Positions 44,758 through 54,538 of a stretch of DNA of 64,000 nucleotides are shown one piece after another. Below the pieces are notes generated by a model, which was not told the origin of the DNA, ran no database searches, and was given only the letters and a program-made list of their open reading frames with translations. The stretch spans positions 8,235 through 72,234 of the forward strand of contig CAZSQP010000002.1 in assembly GCA_964609075.1 (NCBI GenBank). Direction: 5' to 3'. Numbering within the stretch: the first letter of the stretch is position 1; each line of letters starts with the position of its first letter. The DNA is from an uncultured Candidatus Saccharibacteria bacterium. GTDB taxonomy: Bacteria > Patescibacteriota > Minisyncoccia > Minisyncoccales > GWA2-38-27. Position numbers and translations under genes: made by a program.

Positions 44758-46469
44758 TAATTTTTCTTTTCTATCTCTTCTTTTATGTCTTTGATAAATT
44801 TATCTTTTTTGATAAGACCTATATCTCCTTTTCCTCTTTTTCTTATTCTAACAGAGTTCTTTTTTATTTCTTCATCTCCCACAACCAGAAGATAAGGAAT
44901 TTTTTGAATCTCTCCTTCCCTTATTTTTTTAGAAACAGTTTCTCTTTCTATTTTAGCTTCAGTTCTTATCCCTTCTTCTTTTAATTTTTCTTTTATCTCT
45001 TCAGCGTATTTTCTATGATCAGCTCCCACTGGTATTACTTGAACCTGAATAGGGGAGAGCCACAAGGGTAGAGCTCCAGCATAATGTTCTAATAAAACCC
45101 CCGTAAATCTTTCTATACTTCCTAATAGAGCTCTATGTATCATAAAGGGCTCTTTTTTATTGCCTTTTCTGTCGATATAGTTCATATCAAATCTTTCAGG
45201 TAAATTAAAGTCAAACTGGATAGTGGTGCACTGCCACTCTCTATTTAAAGAGTCTTTTATTTTAATATCTATTTTAGGACCGTAAAATACGCCTCCTCCG
45301 GGATCTATTTTGTAGTCTAGTCTTTGTTCTTCTAAAACCTTTTTTAGGGTATCTGTGGCTTTCTTCCAGTTTTTCAACTTGCCTGCGTATTTTTCAGGTC
45401 TGGTTGAAAGGTAAATATTGTATTCTTTAAAGCCGAAACCCTTAAGAATTTTCAGTCCATATTTTACCAGTTTTTCTACCTCTTTTTTAATTTGGTCCGG
45501 AGTGCAGATAACATGGGCATCATCTTGAGTAAAACCTCTAACCCTTGTTAATCCGTGCAGGGTTCCTGACCTTTCATATCTGTAAACAGTTCCTAGTTCT
45601 GCGTAATAAAGGGGAAGATCTTTATAGCTTCTAATCTTAGAATTATAGACTTTAACATGAAAAGGGCAATTCATCGGCTTTAAGAGATATTTTTCTTTAT
45701 CTATTTGAATAGGGGAATAAAGGTTTTCTCTGTAAAAGTTCCAGTGACCTGATTTTTTCCATAGGTCTAATTTTCCTATGTGAGGAGTGTAAAGCCATTT
45801 GTACCCCTGTTTTACCAATTCTTTTTTTAGATAATTTTCCATTTCATTTCTTAAGATAGCTCCCTTGGGAAGCCAAATGGGAAGTCCTGCTCCTACTTCT
45901 TCGTCAATTAGAAATATTTCCAGTTTCTGGCCAAGTTTTCTGTGGTCTCTCTTTTCAGCTTCTTCTATATTTTTTAAGTATTTCTTGAGTTGGTTTTTAT
46001 CTTTGAAAGCTACTCCGTAGATACGAGTCAGCATTTTATTATTTTCATCTCCTTTCCAATAAGCTCCTGCTATTTTAGTAAGCTTAAATCCCCTAGGATC
46101 TATTTCTTTTGATGATTTTACATGAGGGCCTGAACAGAGATCTATAAAGCTTCCGCTCTTATATATTGTAATGTCTTTTATTTTTTCAAGAAGTTCTAGT
46201 TTGTAAGGTTCCTTTTTAAATATTTCTTTAGCTTTCTTTTTAGAAACCTTTTCTTTTTTAAAAGAGATACCTTCTTTTACTATTTCTTTCATTCTCTTTT
46301 CTATTTTTTTTAGATCTTCTTCTGATATACTCTTTTTAAAATCAAAATCATAGTAAAAACCATCCTCTATAGCAGGACCTGTTCCCAGTTTGGCTTCAGG
46401 ATACATCTCTTTTACAGCTTGAGCTAGAATATGAGCCAGAGAATGTCTTATTGTTTCTATTTTAGCCAT
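44757..46469 (-). CDS. thrS: Threonyl-tRNA synthetase (lacks N-terminal TGS domain)
   Basis: RHSLAHILAQAV (editing/second additional domain), class-II core (RVRGFTQDDAH, FYGPKID) and an anticodon-binding C-terminus. Confidence 0.93.
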   Translation of the reverse strand: MAKIETIRHSLAHILAQAVKEMYPEAKLGTGPAIEDGFYYDFDFKKSISEEDLKKIEKRMKEIVKEGISFKKEKVSKKKAKEIFKKEPYKLELLEKIKDITIYKSGSFIDLCSGPHVKSSKEIDPRGFKLTKIAGAYWKGDENNKMLTRIYGVAFKDKNQLKKYLKNIEEAEKRDHRKLGQKLEIFLIDEEVGAGLPIWLPKGAILRNEMENYLKKELVKQGYKWLYTPHIGKLDLWKKSGHWNFYRENLYSPIQIDKEKYLLKPMNCPFHVKVYNSKIRSYKDLPLYYAELGTVYRYERSGTLHGLTRVRGFTQDDAHVICTPDQIKKEVEKLVKYGLKILKGFGFKEYNIYLSTRPEKYAGKLKNWKKATDTLKKVLEEQRLDYKIDPGGGVFYGPKIDIKIKDSLNREWQCTTIQFDFNLPERFDMNYIDRKGNKKEPFMIHRALLGSIERFTGVLLEHYAGALPLWLSPIQVQVIPVGADHRKYAEEIKEKLKEEGIRTEAKIERETVSKKIREGEIQKIPYLLVVGDEEIKKNSVRIRKRGKGDIGLIKKDKFIKDIKEEIEKKN

Positions 46470-46485
46470 ATCTTATTTTATCATA

Positions 46486-49400
46486 TTAAGCTTCATTTAT
46501 TAACTCTTCTGCATTTTCTGCTACTAGCTTTGTATCTCCTTTTCTATTATCTATTCTACCTGAAATTAAAACTATTTTATTGTCTTGAAAAACAGTAGGG
46601 GTTTTTTGGATCAGGCTGGGGAAGACAACAACCTCTATTTTTCCGGTTAAATCCTCTACTTTTATAAAAAGCATTGGATTTCCGTTTTTGGTAAGGATTT
46701 TTTTAATGTCAGATATTACGCCTCCTATCCTTATTTTTCTGTTTACTAGTTCAGAAGATATTTTAGAGATAGAAAAAGCTTTTTTTCTAAGAATATTCTT
46801 GTAGTCTTCTAGGGGATGGGAAGTGATATAAAGTCCTAAAAGTTCTTTTTCCCAATTTAGCTTTTCTTCATTTTTAGCAGGCTCTGACCTTTCTAATTTA
46901 ATGTTTGAATTGAAGTGTTGTCCCTCAAAAAGTCCCTTTTGTCCGTTCTCTTTGTTCCTCTGGTTTTCTCTAGAGGCCTCTAATAACCTCTCCATATTTT
47001 TCAAAAGTTCATTTCTTTCTCCCAACTTGTCAAAAGCTCCTACTTTTATCAAGCTTTCCAGAGATCTTTTGTTGAGATCTTTAGAATTTACTCTCTCCAC
47101 GAAGTCGCTTATAGATTTAAACTGACCGTTTTCTTTCTTTTCTTTGACAATAGCATCTATTACATTTTCTCCCACATTCTTTATAGCCCAAAGTCCGAAT
47201 CTTATCTTGTTTTCTTCTGGGACTACAGTAAAGTTTTTCAGACTTTCATTTATATCAGGAGGAAGAACTTCAATGTTCATTCTTTTACATTCTTCAATAA
47301 GATAAGCTATCTTTTCTACATCATTTCTTTCAGAGGTCAAAAGAGAAGCCATAAACTCTACAGGATAGTGGGCTTTAAGGTAAGCTGTCTGGTAGGCAAT
47401 GGTGGCGTAAGCTGTAGAATGAGACTTGTTGAAGCCGTACCTTGCAAAAGGCAATATCCATTGCCAGAGCTTTCTAGCCACTTTTTTATCTACTCCGTTG
47501 TTTATAGCTCCTTGGATAAATTTCTTCTCTTGGCTGTGGAGAAGGCTTTTTATCTTTTTTCCTACAGCTTTCCTTAATATGTCAGCTTCAGCTAAAGAGA
47601 ATCCTGCTATTTCTCTGGCCATCTGCATTAGTTGCTCTTGAAATATCATAATGCCGTAGGTGTTTTTGAGAATGGGCTCTAGTTTGGGATGAATATATTC
47701 TACCTTTTCTTTTCCGTGCTTTCTTTTGATATAGCTTGGGATAAGCTCCATAGGGCCTGGCCTATAAAGAGCTATCATCGTTACTAGATCTTCGAATTCT
47801 GTTGGCTTCAGTTCTTTAAGGTTTTTTGTCATTCCTCCGCTCTCAAGTTGGAAAACTCCTGCAGTTTTTCCTTCCTGCAAAAGCTTGTATGTTTTTTCAT
47901 CGTCTACGGGTATATTTTCTATGTCTACCTTTTTTCCTTCTCTGACAACATATATTCTGGCTAAAGTATCTTCTATAATAGTTAAATTTTTTAATCCTAA
48001 AAAGTCCATTTTCAATAATCCCAAATCCTCTATGGCATGCATTTCATACTGGGTTACTATTGTCTGGTCGTTTTGGGTAGGATATTGAAGAGGAACTTCT
48101 TTTACTAAGGGTTCTTCTGAAATTACTACTCCGCAGGCATGGGTAGAAGCGTGTCTTACAACTCCCTCTAGTTTTTGAGCTAAGTCAATAAGCCTTTTAG
48201 CCTCTTCTTCTGTTTTGTATTTTCTTTTAAAGTCAGAAACTTTTTCCAGGGTGTCTTTAAGAGTAAAACCGAAAGGTACCATTTTAGCTAACTGGTCGCA
48301 GTAGTCATATGTGTATCCCAAAGCTCTTCCTACGTCCCTTATAACAGCTCTCGAAGCCATGGTTCCAAAAGTAATTATCTGGGCTACTCTATCTCTACCG
48401 TATTTTTGGGCTACATACTCTATAACCTCGTCTCTTCTTCTATCTGCAAAGTCCAAGTCAATATCTGGCATAGAGACACGTTCAGGATTGAGGAATCTCT
48501 CAAAAAGAAGATCGTGTTTTAAAGGATCGATATTGGTAATATTTAAAAGGTAAGAAACCAAAGAACCGCCAGCAGATCCACGGCCCGGTCCCACCACAAT
48601 CCTGTTGTCTTTTGCCCAATTTACAAAATCCTGAACAATCAGAAAGTAAGAAGAAAAACCCATTTCTTTTATGACAGAGAGCTCGTATTTTAGTCTTTCC
48701 TCTATTTCTTTTGTTAATCTTCGGTATCTTTTTTTAAGTCCTTGATAACAGAGATCTTTTAAATATTGGTTAGGGCTTTTGCCGTTTGGAACTTCAAAAT
48801 AGGGGAGTTTTGTTTTGCCTAGTTCGAATTCAAAGTTGCAGGCATCAGCTATTTTCTGAGTATTTTCTATAGCTTCTGGGGTATCTTTAAAAGTCTTAAT
48901 CATATCTTCAGGTTTCCTCAAAGAAAAATCGTCAGACTGTAAAGTAGCTCTTTCAGGATCATTTCTATCAGCTCCTGTGTTGATAAGCATCAGTATGTCT
49001 TGAGCTTCTGCGTCCTCTGGTTTTAAGTAATGGCTGTCATTGGTAGCTACCAAAGGAATGTTATGTTTTCTGGATATTTCTTTTAATTTATCGTTTATAG
49101 TTTTCTGCTCTGGTATATTAGGATGGTCTTGAAGTTCTAGATAGAAGTTTCCTTTACCGAACATCTTATAATATTTTAAAGCTAATTTTTCTGCTTCCTT
49201 TTCTTTTTTAGAAAGTATTAGTCTCGGTATTCTTCCCTGAATACAAGCTGTCATACAGATTAAGCCCTCAGAATGTTTTTCCAGTAAATCGTCGTCTATT
49301 CTTGGTTTGTAATAAAAGCCTTCAAGATGAGCTTTTGTTACCAGTTCTACTAGATTCTCGTATCCTTTTTTGTTTTTGGCTAAAAGCAATAGATGGTATC

Positions 49401-49653
49401 TCTTATCATCCACATTTGGTCTTTTCTGGTGCATTCCCTCAAAAGCTGTGTACATTTCGCATCCGATAATAGGCTTTATCCCTCTTTCTTTTGCTTTTTT
49501 GAAAAATTCTACAGCTCCGTATAATACTCCATGATCTGTTAAAGCCACGGAATCCATTCCTAGTTCTTTTACATAATCTAAAAGCTGGTCTATTTTAGGA
49601 AGACCGTCTAAGAGAGAGTAGTGGCTGTGGACGTGTAAATGAGTGAATTTCAT
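46486..49653 (-). CDS. dnaE: DNA polymerase III alpha subunit
   Basis: PHP domain FTHLHVHSHYSLLDG, palm/fingers motifs (PDIDLDF, GLLKMDFLGL, GFNKSHS) and an OB-fold C-terminus. 1055 aa. Confidence 0.95.
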   Translation of the reverse strand: MKFTHLHVHSHYSLLDGLPKIDQLLDYVKELGMDSVALTDHGVLYGAVEFFKKAKERGIKPIIGCEMYTAFEGMHQKRPNVDDKRYHLLLLAKNKKGYENLVELVTKAHLEGFYYKPRIDDDLLEKHSEGLICMTACIQGRIPRLILSKKEKEAEKLALKYYKMFGKGNFYLELQDHPNIPEQKTINDKLKEISRKHNIPLVATNDSHYLKPEDAEAQDILMLINTGADRNDPERATLQSDDFSLRKPEDMIKTFKDTPEAIENTQKIADACNFEFELGKTKLPYFEVPNGKSPNQYLKDLCYQGLKKRYRRLTKEIEERLKYELSVIKEMGFSSYFLIVQDFVNWAKDNRIVVGPGRGSAGGSLVSYLLNITNIDPLKHDLLFERFLNPERVSMPDIDLDFADRRRDEVIEYVAQKYGRDRVAQIITFGTMASRAVIRDVGRALGYTYDYCDQLAKMVPFGFTLKDTLEKVSDFKRKYKTEEEAKRLIDLAQKLEGVVRHASTHACGVVISEEPLVKEVPLQYPTQNDQTIVTQYEMHAIEDLGLLKMDFLGLKNLTIIEDTLARIYVVREGKKVDIENIPVDDEKTYKLLQEGKTAGVFQLESGGMTKNLKELKPTEFEDLVTMIALYRPGPMELIPSYIKRKHGKEKVEYIHPKLEPILKNTYGIMIFQEQLMQMAREIAGFSLAEADILRKAVGKKIKSLLHSQEKKFIQGAINNGVDKKVARKLWQWILPFARYGFNKSHSTAYATIAYQTAYLKAHYPVEFMASLLTSERNDVEKIAYLIEECKRMNIEVLPPDINESLKNFTVVPEENKIRFGLWAIKNVGENVIDAIVKEKKENGQFKSISDFVERVNSKDLNKRSLESLIKVGAFDKLGERNELLKNMERLLEASRENQRNKENGQKGLFEGQHFNSNIKLERSEPAKNEEKLNWEKELLGLYITSHPLEDYKNILRKKAFSISKISSELVNRKIRIGGVISDIKKILTKNGNPMLFIKVEDLTGKIEVVVFPSLIQKTPTVFQDNKIVLISGRIDNRKGDTKLVAENAEELINEA

Positions 49654-49701
49654 AAAAGCTATTGTTTTATTCTACTCTTTGATTTTCTTTTTATCAAGTG
49701 G

Positions 49702-49728
49702 TTGACAGATGAATATTTTTATTATAAT
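49702..49728 (+). promoter_or_regulatory. Candidate promoter for the small membrane ORF at 49779
   Basis: TTGACA (49702-49707), a 15-nt spacer, then TATAAT (49723-49728). The spacer is shorter than optimal. Confidence 0.35.
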
Positions 49729-49778
49729 CTATTCTTAGGTTCGTTGAAAACAAGGAACAAAGGAAAAAGGAGGAAGCT

Positions 49779-49979
49779 ATGTTCTTTCTTTTCTTGGCAA
49801 TTGGTATTATTCTTCTTGCCTCTTCCATTGCCCTTGAGAGACTGGCTGTTAGTTTCTCTTATACCTATGAAAATCCGCCCGTTGATTATTTCACAAAGTG
49901 CGACGTCTTTCTGATGATTTCTTTTTTTCTACTCATCGTTTCTGTTTTCTTTTTCATTCTTAGCGGAACCTTTTGGTAA
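49779..49979 (+). CDS. Small two-TM membrane protein, hypothetical
   Basis: 66-aa ORF with a strong RBS (aaaggagg, 6 nt upstream), two hydrophobic helices, and a downstream hairpin terminator (agcccattc..gaatgggtt + T-run). Confidence 0.5.
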   Translation: MFFLFLAIGIILLASSIALERLAVSFSYTYENPPVDYFTKCDVFLMISFFLLIVSVFFFILSGTFW

Positions 49980-50036
49980 AGATCTCTAAAGCCCATTCTT
50001 TCTGGAATGGGTTCTTTTTTATGTTAAAATGTATTA

Positions 50037-50636
50037 ATGAAATATCCTAGTTTTAGAGAAGAGAATAAATTGAAGAAAAAAGGATTTAAAAGTATTGTCG
50101 GAATTGATGAGGCAGGAAGAGGCCCTTTGGCATCTTCTGTGGTTGCAGCTGCCGTAATTGTAGAAGACGGAGTTTCTTTTTCTAAATTAAAGAATTCAAA
50201 AGATTTAAGCTTTTCTTTAAGAGAGGAAATATTTAAGGAAGCTAAAAGAGATCCTAGGATAAAGTGGGGGATAGGAAGAGTTTCAGAAAGGGTAATAGAC
50301 AGGATTAATATTTTAGAGGCTACTAGATTAGCCATGAAGAGAGCTGTTGTTAATTTAAAGAAGAATGCTGATTTTTTAATTATTGACGGGAATATAGAGA
50401 TTGATTTAGATATTCCTCAGAAGAGCGTTATTAAAGGAGATGAAAAAGTGTTTTCTTGCGCCTTAGCTTCTGTTGTAGCTAAGGTGACTAGAGACAGAGC
50501 TATGATAAGATATCATAAAAAATATCCACTTTATGGCTTCAATAGACATAAGGGGTATGGTACAAAGCTTCATAAAAAGATGATAAAAAAGCACGGTTTA
50601 TGCAAGATACACAGGAAATCTTTTAAAAACAGTTGA
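50037..50636 (+). CDS. rnhB: Ribonuclease HII
   Basis: GIDEAGRGPLASSVVAAAV, IIDGN, SVVAKVTRD and HRKSF. Confidence 0.9.
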   Translation: MKYPSFREENKLKKKGFKSIVGIDEAGRGPLASSVVAAAVIVEDGVSFSKLKNSKDLSFSLREEIFKEAKRDPRIKWGIGRVSERVIDRINILEATRLAMKRAVVNLKKNADFLIIDGNIEIDLDIPQKSVIKGDEKVFSCALASVVAKVTRDRAMIRYHKKYPLYGFNRHKGYGTKLHKKMIKKHGLCKIHRKSFKNS

Positions 50637-50670
50637 AATTTTTTAATACTTTTGTTATGATTAAAAAGTT

Positions 50671-50949
50671 ATGGCAGTACCAAAACAAAGAAAAACTAAA
50701 TCAAGGAGAGATCAGAGAAGGATGCATATCTATTTAAAGCATCCTGCTTTAACCGTATGTCCTAAATGTGGGAAGAAAATGAGGCCCCACACTGTTTGTT
50801 CTAACTGCGGATACTATAAAAAGAATCAGGTGATAGATGTTACAAAGAAATTGAGTAAGAAAGAGAAGAAGCAGAAAGAAAAGGAGATAGAAGAAAAAGA
50901 AGAGAAAAAAGAAAAACCTTTAACAATGGAAGGATTATCTAAGAAATAA
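50671..50949 (+). CDS. rpmF: 50S ribosomal protein L32 with Lys/Glu-rich C-terminal extension
   Basis: [17 protein letters not shown] and CPKCG..CSNCG zinc ribbon, then ~35 extra KE-rich residues. Confidence 0.87.
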   Translation: MAVPKQRKTKSRRDQRRMHIYLKHPALTVCPKCGKKMRPHTVCSNCGYYKKNQVIDVTKKLSKKEKKQKEKEIEEKEEKKEKPLTMEGLSKK

Positions 50950-50950
50950 T

Positions 50951-51376
50951 ATGGCATCACGTCATCTTTCAAGAAGTATAGCTATGCAGAGTCTCTACGA
51001 GTGGGACTTTTATGGGAAAAAAGAAGGAGCTCTGGATGATATTGTCAAAAGGAATCTTAAGGAATTTGGGCCCGGACTAGAAAGCGAAGATTTTGTCTGG
51101 CAGATAGTAAATGGAGTTATATCTCATCTAAAAGATATAGATAAGGTGATTGAAAAAGCAGCTCCAGAATGGCCTTTAGATCAGATTACTATTGTAGATA
51201 GGAATGTATTAAGGATAGGTCTCTTTGAATTATTATACGAAGACAAAGAAGAAGTTCCTCCAAAGGTGGCTATAAATGAAGCTATAGAGTTGGCCAAGAG
51301 TTTTGGAGGAGAAAACTCAGGCAAGTTTATAAATGGAGTTCTAGGAACAGTTTACAAGGAAATTAAAGAAGAATGA
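50951..51376 (+). CDS. nusB: Transcription antitermination factor NusB
   Basis: [37 protein letters not shown] and FINGVL. Confidence 0.88.
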   Translation: MASRHLSRSIAMQSLYEWDFYGKKEGALDDIVKRNLKEFGPGLESEDFVWQIVNGVISHLKDIDKVIEKAAPEWPLDQITIVDRNVLRIGLFELLYEDKEEVPPKVAINEAIELAKSFGGENSGKFINGVLGTVYKEIKEE

Positions 51377-52062
51377 AAGATTTTTCAAAATTAGAAAAAA
51401 ATCTTAAAGTAAAGTTTGAGAATAAAGACCTTCTTATTCAGGCTTTTGTCCACAGATCCTATTTAAATGAGAATCCAGAGTTTAAGCTTTATCACAATGA
51501 GAGGCTGGAGTTTCTGGGAGATGCTGTAATAGAACAGGCGGTAACCAATTATCTTTTTAAAAAATATCCTAAAGAGCAAGAGGGAAGATTGACTAGCTGG
51601 AGAGCTGCTTTAGTAAACTCTAAGATGTTAGCTAAAATAGCAGAGGGGGTTGGATTTAACGACTTTCTCCTTCTTTCTCAAGGAGAATCTAAAGAGAAGG
51701 GTAAGTCAAGACAATATATTCTAGCTAACACCTTCGAGGCTTTTATGGGAAGTTTGTACCTAGATCAGGGAATGAAACCCTGTGAGAAGTTTTTAAAAAA
51801 ACACTTAATAAAAGAACTTCCTCATATTATAGAGGAGGGCTTATCCAAAGGAGGAAAGTCTCTTTTCCAAGAAAAGGCTCAGGAAAAAACAGGAATTACC
51901 CCTTACTATAAGATATTAAAAGAATGGGGACCTGATCACAAAAAGAATTTTGAAGTAGGTGTTTATCTTAAAAACAAAATGATAGCTAAAGGTCAAGGAA
52001 CTTCGAAACAAGAGGCAGAAGAGAAAGCTGCCCAGAATGCAATAAAAACAAAAGGTTGGTAA
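51373..52062 (+). CDS. rnc: Ribonuclease III
   Basis: [11 protein letters not shown] catalytic signature and a C-terminal dsRBD ([24 protein letters not shown]). Confidence 0.93.
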   Translation: MKDFSKLEKNLKVKFENKDLLIQAFVHRSYLNENPEFKLYHNERLEFLGDAVIEQAVTNYLFKKYPKEQEGRLTSWRAALVNSKMLAKIAEGVGFNDFLLLSQGESKEKGKSRQYILANTFEAFMGSLYLDQGMKPCEKFLKKHLIKELPHIIEEGLSKGGKSLFQEKAQEKTGITPYYKILKEWGPDHKKNFEVGVYLKNKMIAKGQGTSKQEAEEKAAQNAIKTKGW

Positions 52063-52080
52063 AATTAAATTAAGAAAAAT

Positions 52081-52722
52081 ATGTTAGTAATTAGATTCTT
52101 TAGAGTAGGTAAAAAGAAACAACCATCTTTTAAGATAGTTGTTACAGATAAAAAGAATCCTCCTCAAGGAGGGAGATTTGTTGATGAGATAGGTTCTTGG
52201 AATCCTATAGCCAAAGATAAAAGATTAGATAAAGAGAAGATTGAAAAATGGATTTCTCAGGGAGCTAAACCTTCTCCTGCAGTTTACAACTTGTTTGTTG
52301 ACGAAGGTATTTTGACAGGAGCTAAACTTCCTGTTCATAAAACAAAGAAGAAAAAGAAAGAAGCTCCCAAAGAAGAAAAGTCTGCAGAAGGATCCGAAGA
52401 GGTAAAAGAAACTAAGGCCGAAGAGAATAAAGAGGAGGTTCCCAAAGAAGAAATAAAAGAGGAAAAGCAGGAAGAAACAAAGGAAGAAAAGAAAGAAGAG
52501 ACTAAAGAAAAACCCAAAGAAGAAGTAAAAGAGAAACCTAAAGAAGAAGTAAAAGAGGAAAAGCCAGAAGAAGTCTCTAAAGAAGACAAGCCAAAGAAAG
52601 ATAGTTCAGAAGAGGGCCAAAAAGAAGAAACTCCTCAAGAAGAGAAAAGAGAGGAATCTGAAGAAAAGAAAGGAGAAAAGCCAGATACAGATTCTGAAAA
52701 GAAGGCAGAGAAAAACTCTTAA
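52081..52722 (+). CDS. rpsP: 30S ribosomal protein S16 with ~125-aa Lys/Glu-rich C-terminal extension
   Basis: MLVIRFFRVGKKKQPSFKIVV..IGSWNP..WISQGAKPS core, then a low-complexity KE-rich tail. Confidence 0.9.
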   Translation: MLVIRFFRVGKKKQPSFKIVVTDKKNPPQGGRFVDEIGSWNPIAKDKRLDKEKIEKWISQGAKPSPAVYNLFVDEGILTGAKLPVHKTKKKKKEAPKEEKSAEGSEEVKETKAEENKEEVPKEEIKEEKQEETKEEKKEETKEKPKEEVKEKPKEEVKEEKPEEVSKEDKPKKDSSEEGQKEETPQEEKREESEEKKGEKPDTDSEKKAEKNS

Positions 52723-52744
52723 GAAAAATAAATCTATTATTTTT

Positions 52745-52773
52745 AGGTGTCAATGTTGTTGACACCTTTTTTC
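52745..52773 (+). terminator. Rho-independent terminator after rpsP
   Basis: aggtgtcaa / ttgacacct 9-bp stem, a 5-nt loop, then tttttt. Confidence 0.8.
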
Positions 52774-52802
52774 TTGACATATCATTTTAAATAGAATATA
52801 AT
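52774..52802 (+). promoter_or_regulatory. Consensus sigma70-type promoter upstream of the KH-domain gene/trmD
   Basis: TTGACA (52774-52779), an exact 17-nt spacer, then TATAAT (52797-52802). Both hexamers are perfect. Confidence 0.7.
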
Positions 52803-52896
52803 AGGAATAGTACCTTATCATGGATTCTCTGAAGGATAGAGGATCTAGAAGGGAAAGGTCGATATATTTAAAAGATAAGATAGAATTAAAGATTTC

Positions 52897-53226
52897 ATGG
52901 CTAAGGAAGAAACTGATAAGGAGTTTCTTGAGTATGTTGTTAAGACCTTAGTTGACCATCCTGATGATGTTAAAATCGACAGGAAAGTCGATGAGATGGG
53001 TGTTTTACTTAATCTTAAGGTAAACCCCGAAGACATGGGTCAGATTATCGGTCGTCAAGGTTCTACTGCTCGAGCTATCAGAACTCTGGTTAGAATTATT
53101 GGACTTAAGAATCACGCTAGAGTCAATCTGAAGATCGAAGAGCCAGAAGGCGGTAAGAGAGCTCCTGCTCAAGAAAAAAAAGAATCTTCTGATTCTTCTG
53201 AAGGTTTAGAAGATTTGAAGATTTAA
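52897..53226 (+). CDS. KH-domain RNA-binding protein (YlqC/UPF0109-like)
   Basis: LVDHPDDVKI.., DMGQIIGRQGSTARAIRTL (GxxG KH loop). Conserved position between rpsP and trmD. Confidence 0.82.
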   Translation: MAKEETDKEFLEYVVKTLVDHPDDVKIDRKVDEMGVLLNLKVNPEDMGQIIGRQGSTARAIRTLVRIIGLKNHARVNLKIEEPEGGKRAPAQEKKESSDSSEGLEDLKI

Positions 53227-53293
53227 CTAGTTTAGCATTTACTTAGAAAACAGGCGGTGCTACCATTAAGGTAGCATCGTTTGTTTTGAAGAT

Positions 53294-53959
53294 ATGAAGT
53301 TTGATATACTTACAATTTTTCCTAATGTTTTTAAGCCCTATTTTAAAGAGAGCTTGATTTTTAAAGCTCAAGAAAAAGGCTTGATTGATATTGATATTCA
53401 CGACTTAAGAAACTGGACGGAAGATAGACATAAATCGGTAGACGATCGTCCTTTTGGAGGGGGATTGGGTATGGTTATGAAAGTAGGTCCTATAGATATA
53501 GCTATAAAAAGCTTGAAAAAGAAAAAGAAGAGAAAAGTGGTTCTTCTTTCTCCAAGAGGAGAAAAGTTCAATCAGAAGACGGCCACTCAGTTTTCTAAAT
53601 TAGATCAAATCATTTTAATATGTGGGAGATATGAGGGAGTAGATGAGAGAGTTGCTAAGAATATAGCTGATATGAAGCTTTCTATAGGAGATTATGTTTT
53701 AATGGGAGGAGAGCTTCCTGCTATGATTGTAGTTGAGACTGTCTCAAGGTTAATTCCTGGGGTGATAGGGAAGCCCGAACTTTTGGAAGAGAGAGTTACT
53801 AAATCCAAGGGCTTTATAGAGTATCCTCAGTATACAAGACCTGAAGTATATGAGCCTAAAAAAGGTACTAAATGGAAAGTTCCTAAAGTTCTAATGTCTG
53901 GGGATCATAAGAAAATAGAGGAATGGAAAAGGAAAAACAGAAAGATTATTGAAAAATAG
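53294..53959 (+). CDS. trmD: tRNA (guanine37-N1)-methyltransferase
   Basis: [45 protein letters not shown] and SGDHKKI. Confidence 0.93.
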   Translation: MKFDILTIFPNVFKPYFKESLIFKAQEKGLIDIDIHDLRNWTEDRHKSVDDRPFGGGLGMVMKVGPIDIAIKSLKKKKKRKVVLLSPRGEKFNQKTATQFSKLDQIILICGRYEGVDERVAKNIADMKLSIGDYVLMGGELPAMIVVETVSRLIPGVIGKPELLEERVTKSKGFIEYPQYTRPEVYEPKKGTKWKVPKVLMSGDHKKIEEWKRKNRKIIEK

Positions 53960-53989
53960 CTTCTTTTCTGGTAAACTATTAAAGATATT

Positions 53990-54073
53990 GGGCAGGTGGC
54001 TGAGCAGACAAAGGCACTTGACTGTAAATCAAGCGGTCTCTGACCTACGGGGGTGCAAATCCCTCCCTGCCCA
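53990..54073 (+). tRNA. tRNA-Tyr (GTA), long variable arm
   Basis: Acceptor GGGCAGG/CCTGCCC, anticodon arm CTTGA-CTGTAAA-TCAAG, 16-nt variable arm, T-arm GGGGG-TGCAAAT-CCCTC. The T-loop is unusual. Confidence 0.85.
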
Positions 54074-54081
54074 CAGCTATC

Positions 54082-54153
54082 GCCCGGATAGTTCAGTGGT
54101 AGAACGCTTTCTTGGTAAGAAAGAGGCCGGGAGTTCAATTCTCCCTCCGGGCT
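54082..54153 (+). tRNA. tRNA-Thr (GGT)
   Basis: Acceptor GCCCGGA/TCCGGGC, anticodon arm CTTTC-TTGGTAA-GAAAG, T-arm GGGAG-TTCAATT-CTCCC. Confidence 0.9.
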
Positions 54154-54176
54154 CATATCAAATAATATTAAAGATT

Positions 54177-54341
54177 ATGGCAAAAAAGAAAAAATCATAC
54201 ATCAAGCTTCAATGTAAAGAGTGTGGAAGGATAAACTATTTTACAACCAAGCCTAAAACTATAACTGAGGAGAAGTTGGAATTGAAGAAGTTTTGCAACT
54301 GGTGTAAAAAGCATACTGTTCATAAAGAAAAGAAGAAATGA
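54177..54341 (+). CDS. rpmG: 50S ribosomal protein L33
   Basis: [26 protein letters not shown]...[14 protein letters not shown] (zinc-ribbon L33). The longer ORF-track frame (from 53949) runs through two tRNA genes and is rejected. Confidence 0.9.
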   Translation: MAKKKKSYIKLQCKECGRINYFTTKPKTITEEKLELKKFCNWCKKHTVHKEKKK

Positions 54342-54538
54342 ATTTTGAGGAGTTTGAGAAAAAGATTTGGGAAAAAGGATACGGTATAGTGGCTATGAAT
54401 CATTATACAAAAGACGGTAAAAGGTTTACCTATTGTGTTGTTTTAAGTAGAGATAAAGATAAAGCTTTTCAGGCGGAAGGAGAGAACTCTGAAGAGGTTT
54501 TTGAGGAGATTTATAATAAAATCGGGGGTATAAGCTAA
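54338..54538 (+). CDS. Small hypothetical protein (66 aa); its 3' end overlaps tRNA-Trp
   Basis: ATGA overlap with the rpmG stop suggests translational coupling. No homology recognised. The last 16 nt lie inside tRNA-Trp. Confidence 0.35.
   Translation: MNFEEFEKKIWEKGYGIVAMNHYTKDGKRFTYCVVLSRDKDKAFQAEGENSEEVFEEIYNKIGGIS

Noticed and set aside
52500-52560. Tandem 24-nt repeat as a possible CRISPR/VNTR-type element
   Set aside because: There are only two units, they are in frame within the S16 tail, and they have no spacer structure. This is coding low-complexity duplication.
52335-52589. Ser-rich antisense ORFs opposite the KE-rich tails (also 59923-60108 and 52577-52780)
   Set aside because: These are mirror-image artefacts of GAA/AAG-rich coding repeats (TTC/CTT giving Ser/Phe/Leu). 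There is no independent support for them.
53949-54176. N-terminal 76 codons of the ORF-track frame 53949-54341
   Set aside because: This part of the frame runs straight through tRNA-Tyr and tRNA-Thr. The real gene is rpmG, starting at the internal ATG at 54177 ([17 protein letters not shown]...).
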